A program made the position numbers and the translations under genes. From positions 1 to 64,000 of the forward strand of contig JALMLS010000436.1 in the NCBI GenBank assembly GCA_038496445.1: a DNA stretch of 64,000 nucleotides, in the 5' to 3' direction. The notes under the pieces were generated by a model. That model ran no database searches and was not told where the DNA came from. It was given only the letters and a program-made list of their open reading frames with translations. This DNA is from Trichosphaerium sp. ATCC 40318. Taxonomy: Eukaryota > Protista > Tubulinea. This document shows positions 11,837 to 25,122 of the stretch, piece after piece; within the stretch, counting starts at the first letter, position 1, and the number at the start of each line of letters is the position of its first letter.

Positions 11837-14800
11837 ATGGCGCTTGCTATAGGGCTATTGGTTATACTTACGATACTTAACCTTGGCGCAGTAATACCAG
11901 ATACAATTGTACGTAAAAGTAACTACCGCGCTTGTTCTTCGCTAGTTTAACGTGGTTTTAGTGGGCAGATCAGAATAACCCTTATATTATCACTGGGACC
12001 AACAATACCATCCAAAACCTCACTATAGAGGAAGGAGTAACAGTAGAGTTATACAGAGCGAGTATTCTCGTTGAAAACTTCCGTGTATTCGGTACAAAGG
12101 AGAAACCCGTAATCATTAAGGTAAAGAACCTGCTTCAGGCAAAAATAGGAATAATCCCAAATTTACGCTATGGAATTGCTATGTAGTTTTTTTTCGTTCA
12201 ATACACAACACTACAGTTTTGTTAAACTATATACATCTTGCGGTAAAACCTTTTGCTTGAATTAAAAACGTACTACGTTGCACGTGAATGCAATGTTTGA
12301 AAAACTTTTTGAAATCGTTGGTTTTTTTTTTATTGGTAATCTCTACCACATGATGGAAATGGTATCATCTTTAAGTAGACGAATATTATCGCTATGAGTA
12401 CTATCAGTTCTCGACACAATGCAAATTGTGTTATTTAAATCTACAGGTTCTTAGTGAACCACAATGAACCATGAGATTACCAACGAAAAAAAAATTACCA
12501 AAATTAGAAGTTTTGTTCTCGGTTTTTGCTTATTGTTCTCATTAAATCGCGTGTGTTTGCTTTTAGACGTATGAAAAATAAACCATTGAATGAAGGGCGT
12601 TTGATAGCCGCTTTAACTTTATTGCTATTTGCACAATTCCTAACTAACAAATTCTCGAAACTTGTTTTGTTGTTTGCAGTTTACTTACACCTTTTGTTGT
12701 AGAATTCTAACTTTACAGGGTATAGCATTAATTCAACAGTGTATACGAACATTACTTATGCAATATTTGATACTGGGGGCTTGCACGTGGTTTTTTTGAA
12801 ACAATAACAATTTAGAGATTTTTTTTCGAAATTTTTTGAAAAAAATCAAAAATTTACTGACTGGTTTGTTTAGAGCTACTCGTGGTAATAGTGCCCATGT
12901 GAAGAACTCTATTTTTAAATATTGTCACACAGCTTTTTTATCTGAATCGCATTCTTTAAATGTGTCTAACAACGTATTCTTCAACGTTGTAGGAGCCGTT
13001 TATGCTTTTGGTAATGTTGAAACAGTATTTTCCAACAACGCCATTGTTGCTTCCAAAAACGGATTAGAAGCTAATAACAACACTAATATAACGAGTAACT
13101 TCTTTTCATATCATACAGATACTTGCATATCAAGAAATGGTACAGGAAGCGTAAGGATTCAGAACAACTTGTTTAATCAAAACAAAAAAGTAAGAAATAC
13201 AATCTTTTGTTTTTGCGCTTATTAACACCACATCACCCTTAGGCTTTTAAATTGGGGATTGCTAATGAAACTATCTCTTCTATAATATCCAGTAATGATA
13301 TTAAAAATACAGATACAGTTATAGAGGGTGTACATAATGGTGTACTAACAAACTTTACGTTTAATTCTGTAACGACATATAAATCACTTGTGGTTACAGA
13401 AGTACTTCTCACAGAACCTATGCCAAGCAATTATTGGGGAACAAATGATACGAGACGTCTAAATCAAGTGTAAGTCCTTACCACCCGCTAGATAAACTAA
13501 CAAGGACAAAATAGTAAGGATGGAGGACAATTTGATATGCCAAGCTTGGAACCATTTTTAACTTCTCCACCTGTATCATTTGTTCATTACGAGATGAATT
13601 TACCTCTTTGGCATGAATCAAGAAAGAGGTTGGTAATCAATAGAATTGAGCGTTGTAGTGCTTATGAGTGCGAGTACGTTTGTTTTAAATTACTCTTTAA
13701 AACAACAGAATTTGGTTTAAATTTAAATCTAGAAGTATACAAACAGACATGTGTGACGTTTGCAGTCTAGTCGTGAATTTTCCGATAATCTTTTCACAGC
13801 CATCATCAGACGCACCAGGACCAAGTGTACCACATACACCATATTCTATGCCAACAACGCTTGCACCGACAACACCTGCATCAGGATCAAGTGCACCAAA
13901 TACGCCATTTGCACCAAACGCTCCAACTTCGGAAGCACCACCTACAACACCAGCAATATCTTTTATACCAACAACGCCTGAACCGACAAGACCTGCACCG
14001 TCAAGTGTTGGTGTACCAACAATTGCACCAAACGCCCCAACTTCGGAAGCGCCACCTACAACACCATCACCAACTTCTCCACCAACAAACTCTACACCAA
14101 CATCAGACCCAGGGGTACTTCCAGCTCCGAAATCAGACTCTCTAAACAACACTGTATTGATTGTTATCATTGTTTCAATATTAATCATTGTTATTGTCAG
14201 CTTAGTGCTTATAGCAGGCTACTTTACTTTTTACAGGAACAACTATGGGAAAACAAGAAGATTGGCAAAGAATAGCATAAGTGGTGTAGATAATCAAGCT
14301 CTAATAGATAGCTACGAGCATAAAGATGGAGAACAATCACATATAGACAAAGAGAGCTTGTTAGGTGCTACTTTAGTTTCTAACAGTAACGCCGACGTTT
14401 ACTTCTCCAGCTACATACTTGATAAGAATAACGACACAATTCCGCTACAAAACATGGAGACGGAAACACGTGTTTCATTAACCAGTGGAAGTGGTTTCGT
14501 TGATGTACCGAGGCTAGAACCAAGTGAACTTTATACTGTTAAAAAGATTGGACAAGGCTCATTTGTACGTTTAGTCTCAAGCAAAAAGTGTTATTTTGCA
14601 AAAAAATGCTTCGCTTGAAAATCATTTTTTTCTCTTGTACTTACCTGTTTTTATCTTTACAGGGTGTAATATTTCTAGCGAAATATAGAGGAGCATTAGT
14701 AGCAGTAAAGAAATTGCAAATATTTGATGTAAATCAAGCTATACAAGAAGCAGCGTTGATGATTAAGATGAGTACACATCCAAACATAGTATCAACTTTT

Positions 14801-15810
14801 GGTATTTCACAAACTCCTGAATCATTCGGTATCATTATGGAATACTGTCAAAAGGTAACGTCGTAATACCTATAATATCTATTCCTAATTCAAAAAGGGT
14901 TCGTTGTGGGACGTGCTAGAGAGAGGAGATGAAATTACATCTGAAGAAATTTTTTCTATTCTAGCTGATGCAGCAACAGGGATATATCACTTACATTGTG
15001 AAAAACTTCTTCACAGGGATATTGGTACGTCTCATTATATTCTATAATACTCTTCTATGCTTACAGTACTTCGTTTTAGCTGCTAGGAATGTGTTAATAC
15101 GAAATAACATGCAAGCAGCAGTTGGAGACTTTAGTCTTTCAAAAATTGTTAACTCAACGTTGTATCATAAATCAGTTGCTTTTATTGGTCCTGTTAGAGT
15201 ACGTTTGTTTTGATTATACCTTGCTAAATATTGAATTAGTACATGGCACCTGAGTCTATATCTAATAAGCGTTACTCGAAGGCGACAGATGTATTTATGT
15301 TTGGAGCAATGTTATATGAAGTTGTACGCCTTTGTTTTTTTTTTTTCCTTGAAAAATCCACAATGTCTTTGTACTACATGCAACGTTCTGGCTTTTATTA
15401 ACCATAAGTTGTGAGTACCATGATAAAGCACAAATTCAATCGTTTTAAGTAACATTTCCAACTTGTTTAACACGTTGGTTTTGGACACATGTGTAATTTT
15501 TTAATCTCAATTCCTGTCACTTACTATGTTTTTTTAGATGATGAAAGACGAACCCTATAGCAATATGGATAATATAGATGTGGCTCTAGCTGCAAAGATG
15601 AATACTCTACCGCCTCTCAATGTTGATGGGAATGCTAACCCTATATTAAAGGTACACAGCGCGATATTAATTTGCATTGACTTGTTTTAGGACCTTATGA
15701 TACAGTGCAGACAAAATGACCCAGATCAACGTCCTACACTTGTATATATCATTAACAAATTACGTAAAGGACCACTCACAACACCGCAATACATATTAGA
15801 TACGGATTAA
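11837..15810 (+). CDS. Receptor-like kinase (TKL group): beta-helix ectodomain, Pro/Thr stalk, TM, kinase
   Basis: Signal peptide; Asn-rich right-handed beta-helix-like repeats with NYWGT; P/T stalk; TM VLIVIIVSILIIVIVSLVLIAGYF; kinase motifs IGQGSFG, VAVKKL, HPNIV, HRDIAARNVL, DFSLS (DFG variant), GPVRYMAPE, DVFMFG. Confidence 0.9.
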
Positions 15811-16189
15811 ACAGTAAACAATCATGTGTAGCAAGTTTGTACAATACGTTTGTAACAATAAAAAAATCAGTAAAACCTTTTTATGTTCTTCAAGCAATAT
15901 TCATATTACGGTGTCTCACATGGTAAATTCGCCGATGTATGTTGATGCAGCCATACGATTGAGTGACTTATTATTAGCTTATGAATTGAATGAGTTTCGA
16001 ACGAAGCATGACAACTCTGGGAACTAGCAAATGTGATGTAATATTCTGCGACAATTTATCATTTGATACTTGGAACATAAACAAGTGATTGCTTGTACAT
16101 CACAACTGAAGATTTGCATTCTAACTAAACTTCTACAAACAACGTGGTCTGTTATCTATCCAAAGGTCTTTGTATTTTTCTTGTCAACA

Positions 16190-18066
16190 TCAATAGTAGT
16201 TCCTGTTTCTGTGCCATATGCTTGTCTTAGTTTGAAAGGAAAAATCGTGTCTCTGAATTCCTACTCACACAATAAGTACTTCACAACATTATTTGTTTTC
16301 TACGTACTGGTACATAGTAAGCAACGGTCATTACTATGACTATTGTCAAGAGCACAAGTAATACTGTAACACCAATAATGACATACTTCCACCAATCAGT
16401 ACATGTATCTTTGACACGGATAACAAGTGAGAACCTAGTTGAACTCCATTTTTGGTCATACTCGACTGTTTTACACGTGTCACCATGAATAACTTGTATA
16501 TTTGAGAAGCCATCAGTATTATTAATAAGACATGTATACTCAAACAATATACTTTCTGTGGCTCGTTTCTCATTTGTATGAACAACAAGACTTCCAGAAG
16601 GATTAAAGCATCCTTTTTGTACAAAAAAATTAAGAAAGAATTTGGAATACAAATATCATTAACTATACCTGTTATGTTCACATGTCCTCCTTGACGAAAT
16701 ATGATTGTAACGTTTTGATTAAGCATAATATTGCCATCCAAAACTATCAACTTGGTTATCTCCGTGTTTAGCGTTGGTAGTACAGATTCAGTTGGAGGGT
16801 TTGTTGGTTGACTAGAAGGTTCAACAGTAGGACTGACTACTCCGTTTGAAGGAGAGACAATAGGGGCTGGGGTAGGCGATGTAGTCACACTACAGCATGG
16901 ACGAGTGGTAGGTCTAAAATAGGTTTAAGGATTGTATCAGAACCTAATTGTAACTGCGTACGGAACTCTTAACTCAACACGGTCATTATTGAATGTTGAA
17001 ACCGTGACATTTTTTGATTTAACAGTTGGCTCATAGTTATCCTCAAAGTCAAAGTAGTACAACAGATCTTGGTCCACAACCTCATCACTAGAGTAAGCTC
17101 TACTAATAATCTCGCTGTCCGTTAACTCCCTGTATACCAATCAGCAAACAAAGCAAGTTGCAATTGTGTACTCATGTACCTTTTCCATATACTCAAGTCA
17201 TCAATGTCACCCTACAATAACGGCACTTTAGTTTACTCACTTACAATTAAAACAAATGACGTACAAAGAACCCAAATTGAGGTTTGTTTTGAAGACTAGA
17301 CAAACAGCCTATCGTAAAGTATTCCTATAATAAATGTTAGTATCAAACGTTTTTATACATGATGGCGTACTCGTTCTGAGCTAGATAATGAGGGTATTAT
17401 TGTAGTATAGCTGTTAATTACTGCACTGTTTGATACAGACTTCAGTGTTATCTTTTTTCGGTTCAAATCACGTGAGAAATAAACATATGTCTAAAAGCGA
17501 TTAAGATAATTATTCGTTGTACTGGATGCACTTACCCAATCATGTGATAGCGTTTGAGGGTGAATAGAAGAGTTAAAACGAGCGCCAGGGCATTTTACAT
17601 GTGCAGTGCCGTCGTATGTTTCAAATGTGAGTTGCCGAGGATAACTGGACGCTGAGAACGTCCCAATGTAAAATAGAGAACCAGGAGTACCACTCCTACT
17701 ACTAGAAAATACTGTGTTTATCGTACAAATACTAGGTGGTGTGCAGTCCCTATAACACGCAAGTGAACAAAAACAATTAAAAAAAACCACCCAACTAACC
17801 TATCGTAGTATATCCAAGCGCCAAGTGAAATTACTGTGTGGGTGCTAAAGTTTTCTCCATCTACGCGAATACCATCATTAACCGCATTAATAGTGCTTCC
17901 ATCGCCTGAAAAATAAGCCGCGCTTCCAGCAGGAGTGCCTTTAATTAAGATCTTTAAAGGTAAAGTGGACAGAATTTCTTTTTTGGTAAATTAACACTAA
18001 GCACGGCGTACATTGTAGTAATACAAGCATCACTATTCGTACTAATAAACCCTTTGTTGTATACAT
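16190..18066 (-). CDS. Type I membrane protein with a LamG/pentraxin-like domain and P/S/T stalk
   Basis: Signal peptide; AAYFSGDG; GDIDDLSIWKRELTDSEI..LLYYFDFE (LamG/pentraxin C-terminal motif); stalk; TM WWKYVIIGVTVLLVLLTIVIVMTVAYY. Confidence 0.65.
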
Positions 18067-19832
18067 TTAATTAATGGCGTAAAAGTACTTGACTATAGCT
18101 TCTTGAGCTTTTTGGAATGTTTGAGCTGATTTCGAAATAAGCCGTGGTCGGTTTCGAGCCTAAAAAAAAAAGGTGGGACTTGTTTTCCTGATTTATCACG
18201 TGATTGCAAAGGAAACTTATAAATTGACCTACCAACGCAAACTAAATATTGCAACTCAAAGACAGCCACAAAGTATCTCAAGTGCATGTTAAGCGAGGTC
18301 AAATCGCAAATATGTGACTTGAAACAGCTATCAACTTTATCGAGATAGAAAAAGTTAGCGAACTTGTCTTCCCGACATTTCCAAATCATTGCACAGTACA
18401 CCAATGCTACGATATACCTTTAAAATAGCTATCCATGCGTAGGACGTAGCGTCGATACGTCCTAGACCATTTTCGACTAAAATAATGGCCCAACAGTTTT
18501 TAAGAGCTGGATCACTCTAAAATAAATACACAACGCATGCGCAAATACGAATCCGAGCGAGCGGAGACTTTTTACGACGTTTCAGACCCAAACCGGCAGA
18601 TCACGTTTTTATTAACCGTTACCTGCGTAAAACAGCCATTTACGCTATCAATGTTGCTAGTAGTATGTATAGAAGCTATGAACAACAGTGGTAGTGATAA
18701 AACAACAAACGCTCCAGCTTCTACCCGCTCTGATTACTACGTCTAGTAATACTGCACTACTGAGTAAAATTGGATGGGCACCGTTAATTAGAGCAAAAAA
18801 AACAGTATGTGCAATAAATAGAATTTTGTGGAATTGTTGCAGGTTCATCTACACGAATGTTCACATTAATGTTACGTGCGAGTATGATCTTGTTATGAGT
18901 ACAAGCTATCGCTAATAGTTTAATAGGAGACGTAATGTTGCGCAATTGCTTGCACGCCAACTTACTCCATATCAAACCAAACCAATTTCAACCCAGCTCA
19001 AAAAGGTGTTCGTTCAGAGTTGCAAAAGGGATTTTGAGTGCCTACTAATGTCCATCCATTAGTGCGGCGAGGGTCCTGCGTTATACAAGAGGCAGGACTC
19101 CTGAGGAATTGTTGTATGATAGTCAGACCACCTTACTTCCTGGTATTAAAGTTTCAATAGTTTATATTTAATCACTCGCAATCCGTCAAGAAAAAAATTG
19201 TGGGTTTAACACTTGGGAAACTGCTGCGAAGTTTCAATGAATCTATGATCACGTGATAGGGTGCTTATCCGAAAGTTACAAGCTCATAGTTTCATTGAAA
19301 ACGAAAACGGGGTTTTTTTGAATCAATTTTTTCGCTTCTCTGTGGCTTCCTCTCCTCACATGATGGTTTTAATACTTCACTGACATCTAACCGTTATTCT
19401 TGAGTATGTGTACCTCTAGAGGTGTGCGTAAGTTCCGAATAGAAACTCACAGAGCAGTTCTGTACAAAATACACAACATTTTGGTTTTAGTTTTATGGTT
19501 CATAGAATAAAAAAAACCCATAAAATGACATAGCAAGAATATAAATAGAGCGTTGAATAGTTAGAACGTTAGCAAAGCTTTCTGGAAGATGTTGTAAAAA
19601 AAAAGAGGATATTTGTTTTTTAACTGCAATAATTTCACACGCGTTCCCATTCCTTTCCCGTTTTCCAAAAACATCCTTAAATCAACAAACTTTACTCTGC
19701 CTAAAAAACCTACCAGTTCTTGTAAAAGAATTTTCTTACAATAGCATGTCAGTGAAGACAAGGACACAAGAAGGCTCGCTTTGTGAAAATAATGTTGTTT
19801 TTTTTTTCTTTGGTTAACATGTTAGTTACAAG

Positions 19833-20906
19833 CTACCAGTTTGTTATTATCTCATTTGCACCAGACAAAAACGTGATGCCCTTACTGGTCACTAATCTAC
19901 ATTCACATAAGCGGATAGTGTGAACTTGTGATAACGCTCTCAACCCTTCATCTGTTACATTTGTGCTAGATAAATCAATCGAATAGACACCTCCCAGTGC
20001 TTTTATACCAACATCAGTTACACTTGTTTCTTGTAAAGAAATATGATGTGCACCAGCCAATGCTTTAATGCCTTCATCTGTTATACGTATGCACCCATCC
20101 AACACAATAGTGTGTACACCTGCTATCGCCTTCAAACTGTCATCTGTTACATTTGTTTCTGTTAAAACAATGCAATGTACACCTACCAATGATTTGATTC
20201 CTGTGTCTGTAATCAATTTACATCCCGACAAGATTATAGTATGTACACCTCTCAACGCCTCTAATCCTTCATCAGTAACACTTGTTCCTGATAAACCAAT
20301 CTCGTGTACACCTGCCAATGTCTTGATGCCTTTATCTGTTATTAACTCACAACAATTCAAATGGATAGTGTGTACACCAGCTAGTTCTATCAAACCTTTA
20401 TCCGTTACTTTTGTATAACTCAAATGGATCTCATGTACACCTGCTAGCAGTTTTAATCCTTCATCTGTAACTCTCGTTTGTACTAAGGCAATCGTATGTA
20501 CACCTGCAAGTGCCTTTAATCCTTCATCAGTCACAAGTGATCCAGATAAATCAATGTCATGTACACCGGCCAATGAACTGATGCCTTCGTCTGTTATTTT
20601 TAGACAATAGTTCAGTTTGATTGTATGTACACCTCCAAGCAAACGCAAGAGGCTGTCGTTCGCGAAATATGAATTTAAGATAAGCGTCGTGTTTTTTAGT
20701 AACAAAGGACGTGCAGCAAGCATTCTCATATCGTTTGGGCTTTCAACTTTGATTTCATTGTATCCAACGTGTTTATGGACAATATCTCTTAAATAGCGGC
20801 ATGTTTGGGCTGAACGAAGTGCAAACTTTCCCTGTTTAAGAATATGAACTATTAATTCGACTGGGAGCTCAATAAGGTCGAATATATGCTCTGTGTATTC
20901 TTGCAT
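19833..20906 (-). CDS. F-box + leucine-rich repeat protein (intronless)
   Basis: LIELPVELIVHIL F-box; about 11 regular 22-24 aa LRRs (vTDEGLkaLaGVHtIdLs); first ATG is MQEYTEH. Confidence 0.9.
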   Translation of the reverse strand: MQEYTEHIFDLIELPVELIVHILKQGKFALRSAQTCRYLRDIVHKHVGYNEIKVESPNDMRMLAARPLLLKNTTLILNSYFANDSLLRLLGGVHTIKLNYCLKITDEGISSLAGVHDIDLSGSLVTDEGLKALAGVHTIALVQTRVTDEGLKLLAGVHEIHLSYTKVTDKGLIELAGVHTIHLNCCELITDKGIKTLAGVHEIGLSGTSVTDEGLEALRGVHTIILSGCKLITDTGIKSLVGVHCIVLTETNVTDDSLKAIAGVHTIVLDGCIRITDEGIKALAGAHHISLQETSVTDVGIKALGGVYSIDLSSTNVTDEGLRALSQVHTIRLCECRLVTSKGITFLSGANEIITNW

Positions 20907-21137
20907 CTCTGTATACGCTGCTTCTGTATGAGATAAGTGAATAATACTAGCCACGTTGATAATATGAAGTCAAAGCAAAGTCAAACATTATTCTTGCTTA
21001 ATACTGAAATAAAGCCGGAAGCCCAAATGTGTAGAATTTTGTTCGCCACTACCTACCGTCCATTATGACGTAACCGTCAAAAAGAATATTTACTGGACAG
21101 TGTCACATTGTTTCATTCTCGTACTAGCACCCCGAAA

Positions 21138-21890
21138 ATGACAGCTAAGTAAGATGAATGAGATTACTGAAAATAACTCGCTGTCATCCCTGCTTCTACC
21201 ACCAGATTGTACCTAATAACCTACATGTAGCTTCAACGGTAAAAATTCGCCCTTTGTGTTACCGGTTCAGGTTGTTTGCTTCGTTGTTGTACAGTCTTGC
21301 AGATTAAAGGCGAGTGTGCAACACTGCGTGTGAAATTATAATGCCCAGGCTACTCTTTCAGGTTTTTTGTAAGCAAAATTTGATGCATTCTAATAGCGTA
21401 CCATAAGTATCAGGACATATGGTGCTGAATACTTTGAAGCTGCAACCTTTCTTTTTTGATGAGTTGTTACATTTACCGAGGTACTGTAAAGATTGCTGCC
21501 CGAATAGGTGCTCCTTTAGACAAAACACAAATAAATGTTCATACCAAACATTTTTCAAGTCCACGTGTAACTTCAAAAATGCATTGTGAAACAAAGCATC
21601 AATTTCCTGAACTCCAAATAACCCAATTATTTGATTGTCGCTCATTGATTAACATATGTTTTACGTGAATAGTACATAATGAACTCATGATTACGGCTTG
21701 ATCACCTTAAACTAGTTATACTAGTGCTACTGCACTAATTGGTCCGTTGAATAGGACACAGATTTTAGCACTTAAACAAACTGGACTTCTTTATTTGATG
21801 AACTTACATTTTAATATTGACAAAATACGGTTTCAAACTAAAGAACATGATATGGATGCGGAGGAAATTGATGTACTTAGTAAGTTGTAG
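21138..21890 (+). other. Possible small multi-exon gene or degenerate gene, function unknown
   Basis: Series of GT...AG-bounded short segments typical of this genome; no recognisable domain and no clean frame established. Confidence 0.25.
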
Positions 21891-22295
21891 ATCAACAAGA
21901 ACACGTCGAATCTAACCTTCTCAAGCTACTATTCTCCTTGTTTCACATTGTTAACGTAAGTGCATCTTCCTTTTACATTGTAACAAATATACTTAACCTT
22001 TATAGTATCCCACTATTTAAAGTTAGCATGTGATGTATAAACCTTTATCAGTATATTATGTGTTGATAGCGATGCTTTATAGCACACATGCCGCCAGCTA
22101 TACCGTCCACAATGTCTTTCTAGAGTGCACTTATTAAGATTGTTTACTTCTATGTGCTTACATTTCCAGAGTAATAAAATGAGTTCTTTTTGAGTACAGC
22201 AACGTCATGACTTGTAAAATATAAGTGTTTTATTCTGTTCTGGATATGTTGTAACACAGGCAACATCAAAGTTTACAAATTGTTGTTTTAGGATG

Positions 22296-23669
22296 CTACA
22301 TCACAAGCTCATCTATACCATTTATGTAGGTACGTTGTGTCTTTATGTCCACTTTCATACCATTTACGTAGGTATATTGGATCTTTAATTGTCCATTTTC
22401 ATACCACTTGTTATATTCTCCTTCAAGCTTACCTTTGATAAAATTACACTGACTCTCTAATTGGCTGTTTTCATACCACTCCTTTTTTTCTCCTTCTTCT
22501 TTACCATTGATAAAATTACACTGAATATATAATTGTCCATTTTCATACCACTCATTATATTCTCCTTCTTTTTTACCATTTACGTAGGTATATTGGAGCT
22601 TTAATTGTCCATTTTCATACCACTCGTTATATTCTCCTTCAAGCTTACCTTTGATAAAAGTACACTGAACATTTAATTGGCTGTTTTCATACCACTCCTT
22701 AGATTCTCCATGTTGCTTGTCATTGATAAAGACACACTGTCTCTCCAGTTTTCCGTTTTTATGCCATTCCTGAAATACTCCTTCCTTTTTACCCTTGACA
22801 TAAGTAGTTTGGAACCACAATTCCCCAGTTATGTACCACCCTTTGTATTCTCCTTGTAGCTTGCCGTTAACATAAGTACATTGACTTTGCAATTCACTAT
22901 TTCCCTTGTTTTTTTCCTCATGCTTGTCAAAGATGTTTAACCGTTCTAGTTTATGCCATTCCTTATATTCCCCTTCTTTTTTGCCCTTGATGTAGTTACA
23001 CTGGTTTCGCAATTGACCATTATTATACCACTCCTTATATTCCCCTTCTATTTTGCCCTTGATGTTATTACACTTGATCCGCAATTGACCATTTTTATGC
23101 CACTCCTTATATTCCCCTTCTAGTTTGTCCTTGCTGTAGTTACACTGGTTCTGCAATTGACCATTTTTATACCACTGCTTGTGTTCCCCTTCTTTTTTGC
23201 CCTTGATGTAATTACTCTGGATCTGCAATTGGCTTTTAATACCAAACCAGCTATTTCTGTATTCATGCCACTCTTTATATTCTCCTTCTATCTCACCATC
23301 GACATAAGTAAATTGCTTATTCAATTGCCCATTGGAGCACCAACGATTGTACTCTCCATGTTTTAGACCATGTTTCCAATACTCTTGCTGTACAACTTTG
23401 TTCTTTACTCTTCGAACCCATTTTCCGTGCTTTTTCATCTCACCATCAAACCTTATTGTCGTTGCCGCCTGTTTCGAAAGAAGTGGCCAATTTAAATACA
23501 CGGACCAGTCCAAATCGATAATATCAAGCTGAAGCTCAACTGGAAGGTGTAATAGGCGGCAACCACGTGATTGTACAGTAAATCCCTGTTTGTGTGTTGT
23601 TAGATACTACGTTTACGATTAAAAGGATTCTAGTACGTTGGATGGGATAATTTCGGGAGATTTGAGCAT
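22296..23669 (-). CDS. F-box-like + MORN-variant repeat protein
   Basis: Exon1 MLKSPEIIPSN spliced to GFTVQSRGCRLLHLPVELQLDIID (F-box-like); then many GEYKEWYENGQL..QC.Y.NGK repeats in one long exon. Confidence 0.85.
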
Positions 23670-23966
23670 TCTACTGATAAATTAACACAAAGGTGTGCGT
23701 AGGTTGCTTTTTTTGCGTTATTCTTAAGTTTACGGAATAGCACTTTTTTAATTTATTTTTCGCCTGGATGGTCACGTTTTTTACACAGTTTTTTGCAATT
23801 GTTAGTATTGTAAGACGTTACCTTATATTTTCTCTACAAAGTCTGCTGTGCGTAGCACGTGAGTTTTTTAGCAACTTTGGAAGTAATTCGAGTCAAAGTT
23901 AGTCTTTGAAACTATTTTTAAATTTCAGTGACACAATTACAGAAAAATTGACTAGGGAAGACAACA

Positions 23967-24637
23967 ATGGAAGCTAAAGTTGTTGTAGTGGGCCAAATAG
24001 GAGTTGGAAAGAGCGCTCTAACGCTTAGTTTCATTACGGGAACGTTTCATGGTGATTACGACCCTACAATCGCTGATACATACCGCAAACAAGTGGATAT
24101 TGATGGCCAGCGCATATTAGCCGATATTTGGGATGTATCGTATGATGACGGTCAACCCGGAATGACTGCAGGTAGAGAGCATAGAGCAGCTACATCAGTA
24201 ATTTTGGCGTATTCTATAACAGACAAGGCAAGTTTTGAAGCTCTTGCAGGTACAGTGGATGTTATTCGAAGGTACGTTTTTTGGACGCAAAAAGTAAAAA
24301 AAACTGAGAAATCAAAAATGAGTTTTTTGATAAAACTTCACAATGTTCTTCTTGTTTTAATGTGCTTTGCAGAATAAAGGATGTGGACGAAAAAGAAAAG
24401 TTCCCTATGGTATTGGTAGGCTGTAAATCGGACCTCAGTGAAAGACAGGTTCCCGAAAGTGAAGGTAAAGAACTAGCTGACTATTTTGGTTGTGGGTTTT
24501 ATGAAACATCGGCTAAGGAAAACACAAATATAAGTGAAGCATTCGAATATATTTTAAGAGAAACAAAGAACTTTTTAAACGAACCAAAGGAGAAGAAGAG
24601 TCGTCGCCGTAAACCTAAACGTTGTACAATAATGTAA
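23967..24637 (+). CDS. Ras-family small GTPase, atypical, with CaaX
   Basis: G1 GQIGVGKS; effector YDPTIADTY; G3 divergent (DVSYD); G4 CKSD; G5 ETSAK; polybasic tail + CTIM*; one intron at about 24272-24372. Confidence 0.92.
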
Positions 24638-24741
24638 ATTTGTATATATTTTAAGAGAAACAAAGAACTTTTTAAACGAACCAAAGGAGAAGAAGAGTCG
24701 TCGCCGTAAACCTAAACGTTGTACAATAATGTAAATTTGTA
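24547..24741 (+). repeat. 97-bp direct tandem duplication of the Ras 3' end
   Basis: atattttaagag...aatgtaaatttgta occurs twice with period 97. Confidence 0.95.
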
Positions 24742-25122
24742 AAGAAAAAAAAAGTTCTGTTTCCTTATCAACTTTATTTTACTTCTCAAACACGTGATAA
24801 CACATAACATGACTTGTATACTCTCACATGAAACTCGGCACTAAACCTTTAGTAATGACGACTACACAATGCAAATAACGATCAGCAAGAGAATGTATCA
24901 GAACAGCACTTTACGGTGGCCGTATAACCTAAGAATGACATCAAATTGTGCGTCACATCAAGTCATTTCAACTGGTGGGTTGCTATCTAACAAATACGCT
25001 ATGAAGTACTTCTTGCTCAAGTTGGCTTTTAGTTCTGATGAGTATTACTTCGTCTCAAGGATTGGATTTTGATGAGCAAAGTCTGCGCTTTGTTTTAGTA
25101 AACGTAAATTTTTGTTGTGACA

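Noticed and set aside
18420-19560. Short overlapping ORFs and small hairpins
   Set aside because: No coherent spliced model or recognisable motif
19833-23669. Endogenous giant virus or prophage
   Set aside because: No capsid, polymerase, packaging ATPase or integrase; genes are interspersed with intron-rich host genes
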